DNA of 63,718 nt, counting the filler, from Lenisia limosa (lineage: Eukaryota; Protista; Breviatea), in the NCBI GenBank assembly GCA_001655205.1. It is 12 parts of 12 records of this genome, joined end to end, with 100 filler letters (N's around TTAATTAATTAA, not from the genome) between each part and the next. Parts side by side here need not be neighbours in the genome. Positions count along the whole stretch, not along the records: positions 62,065 to 63,718 come from LPNZ01010082.1; 11 more parts are not named here. The stretch is one strand, 5' to 3'. The translations under genes were made by a program, and so were the position numbers. How positions within the stretch are numbered: position 1 is the stretch's first letter; every line of letters begins with the position of its first letter. The notes under the pieces were generated by a model. It was given only the letters and a program-made list of their open reading frames with translations. It was not told the origin of the DNA and did not search any database. This document shows positions 63,571-63,718 of this stretch, piece by piece.

Positions 63571-63718
63571 AAATAAACATGGAGCATTGATGCAATAGAG
63601 AAACTAAAAATCACAAAATCCACTACTATGTTGACTACACATCTGCTACCCCTCCCCTCCATGTTTTACCCAAAAGGTAAGAGATAAGAGAAGAACTCCC
63701 CACATTCAGAAAAACACC

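Noticed and set aside
1-63718. rRNA, tRNA, autonomous transposase, reverse transcriptase, Fanzor/TnpB or viral genes
   Set aside because: No supporting motifs seen by eye; a tRNAscan, Infernal or HMM search would be needed to exclude small or degenerate ones, and gaps hide several kb.

Overview
Gap-rich scaffold window from an AT-rich, very intron-dense eukaryote, probably a flagellated protist since it carries a SPEF2/CPC1 homologue. I cannot name the organism. Exons are mostly 40-150 nt, so the ORF track is largely noise; I rebuilt genes by hand from GT-AG boundaries and reading-frame continuity. Recognisable genes in order: class III adenylate/guanylate cyclase C-terminus (+), GPI inositol-deacylase PGAP1 (+), CNNM metal transporter with CNBH domain (-), SPEF2 (-), CNOT3 N-terminus (-), Dispatched/Patched-type RND protein (+), bacterial-type (GlxK/GarK) glycerate kinase in about 17 exons (-), a PH-domain gene nested antisense in a 3.9 kb glycerate-kinase intron (+), RNase H2 subunit B (+) and an ABCC transporter (+), plus several unidentified multi-exon genes. 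Non-coding DNA is filled with at least six short dispersed repeat families, three of them TIR/MITE-like. The most unusual signal: two repeat families (D and F) sit at intron ends in either orientation, ending at the C-run before an acceptor AG when sense and starting at the G-run after a donor GT when antisense. This matches a strand-symmetric intron-end pattern (GT-G-run ... C-run-AG) seen across the window. No rRNA, tRNA, CRISPR array or autonomous transposase was found. The TTAATTAATTAA motifs inside 100-nt N blocks are assembly spacers. Exon coordinates are hand-derived and unverified by transcripts.
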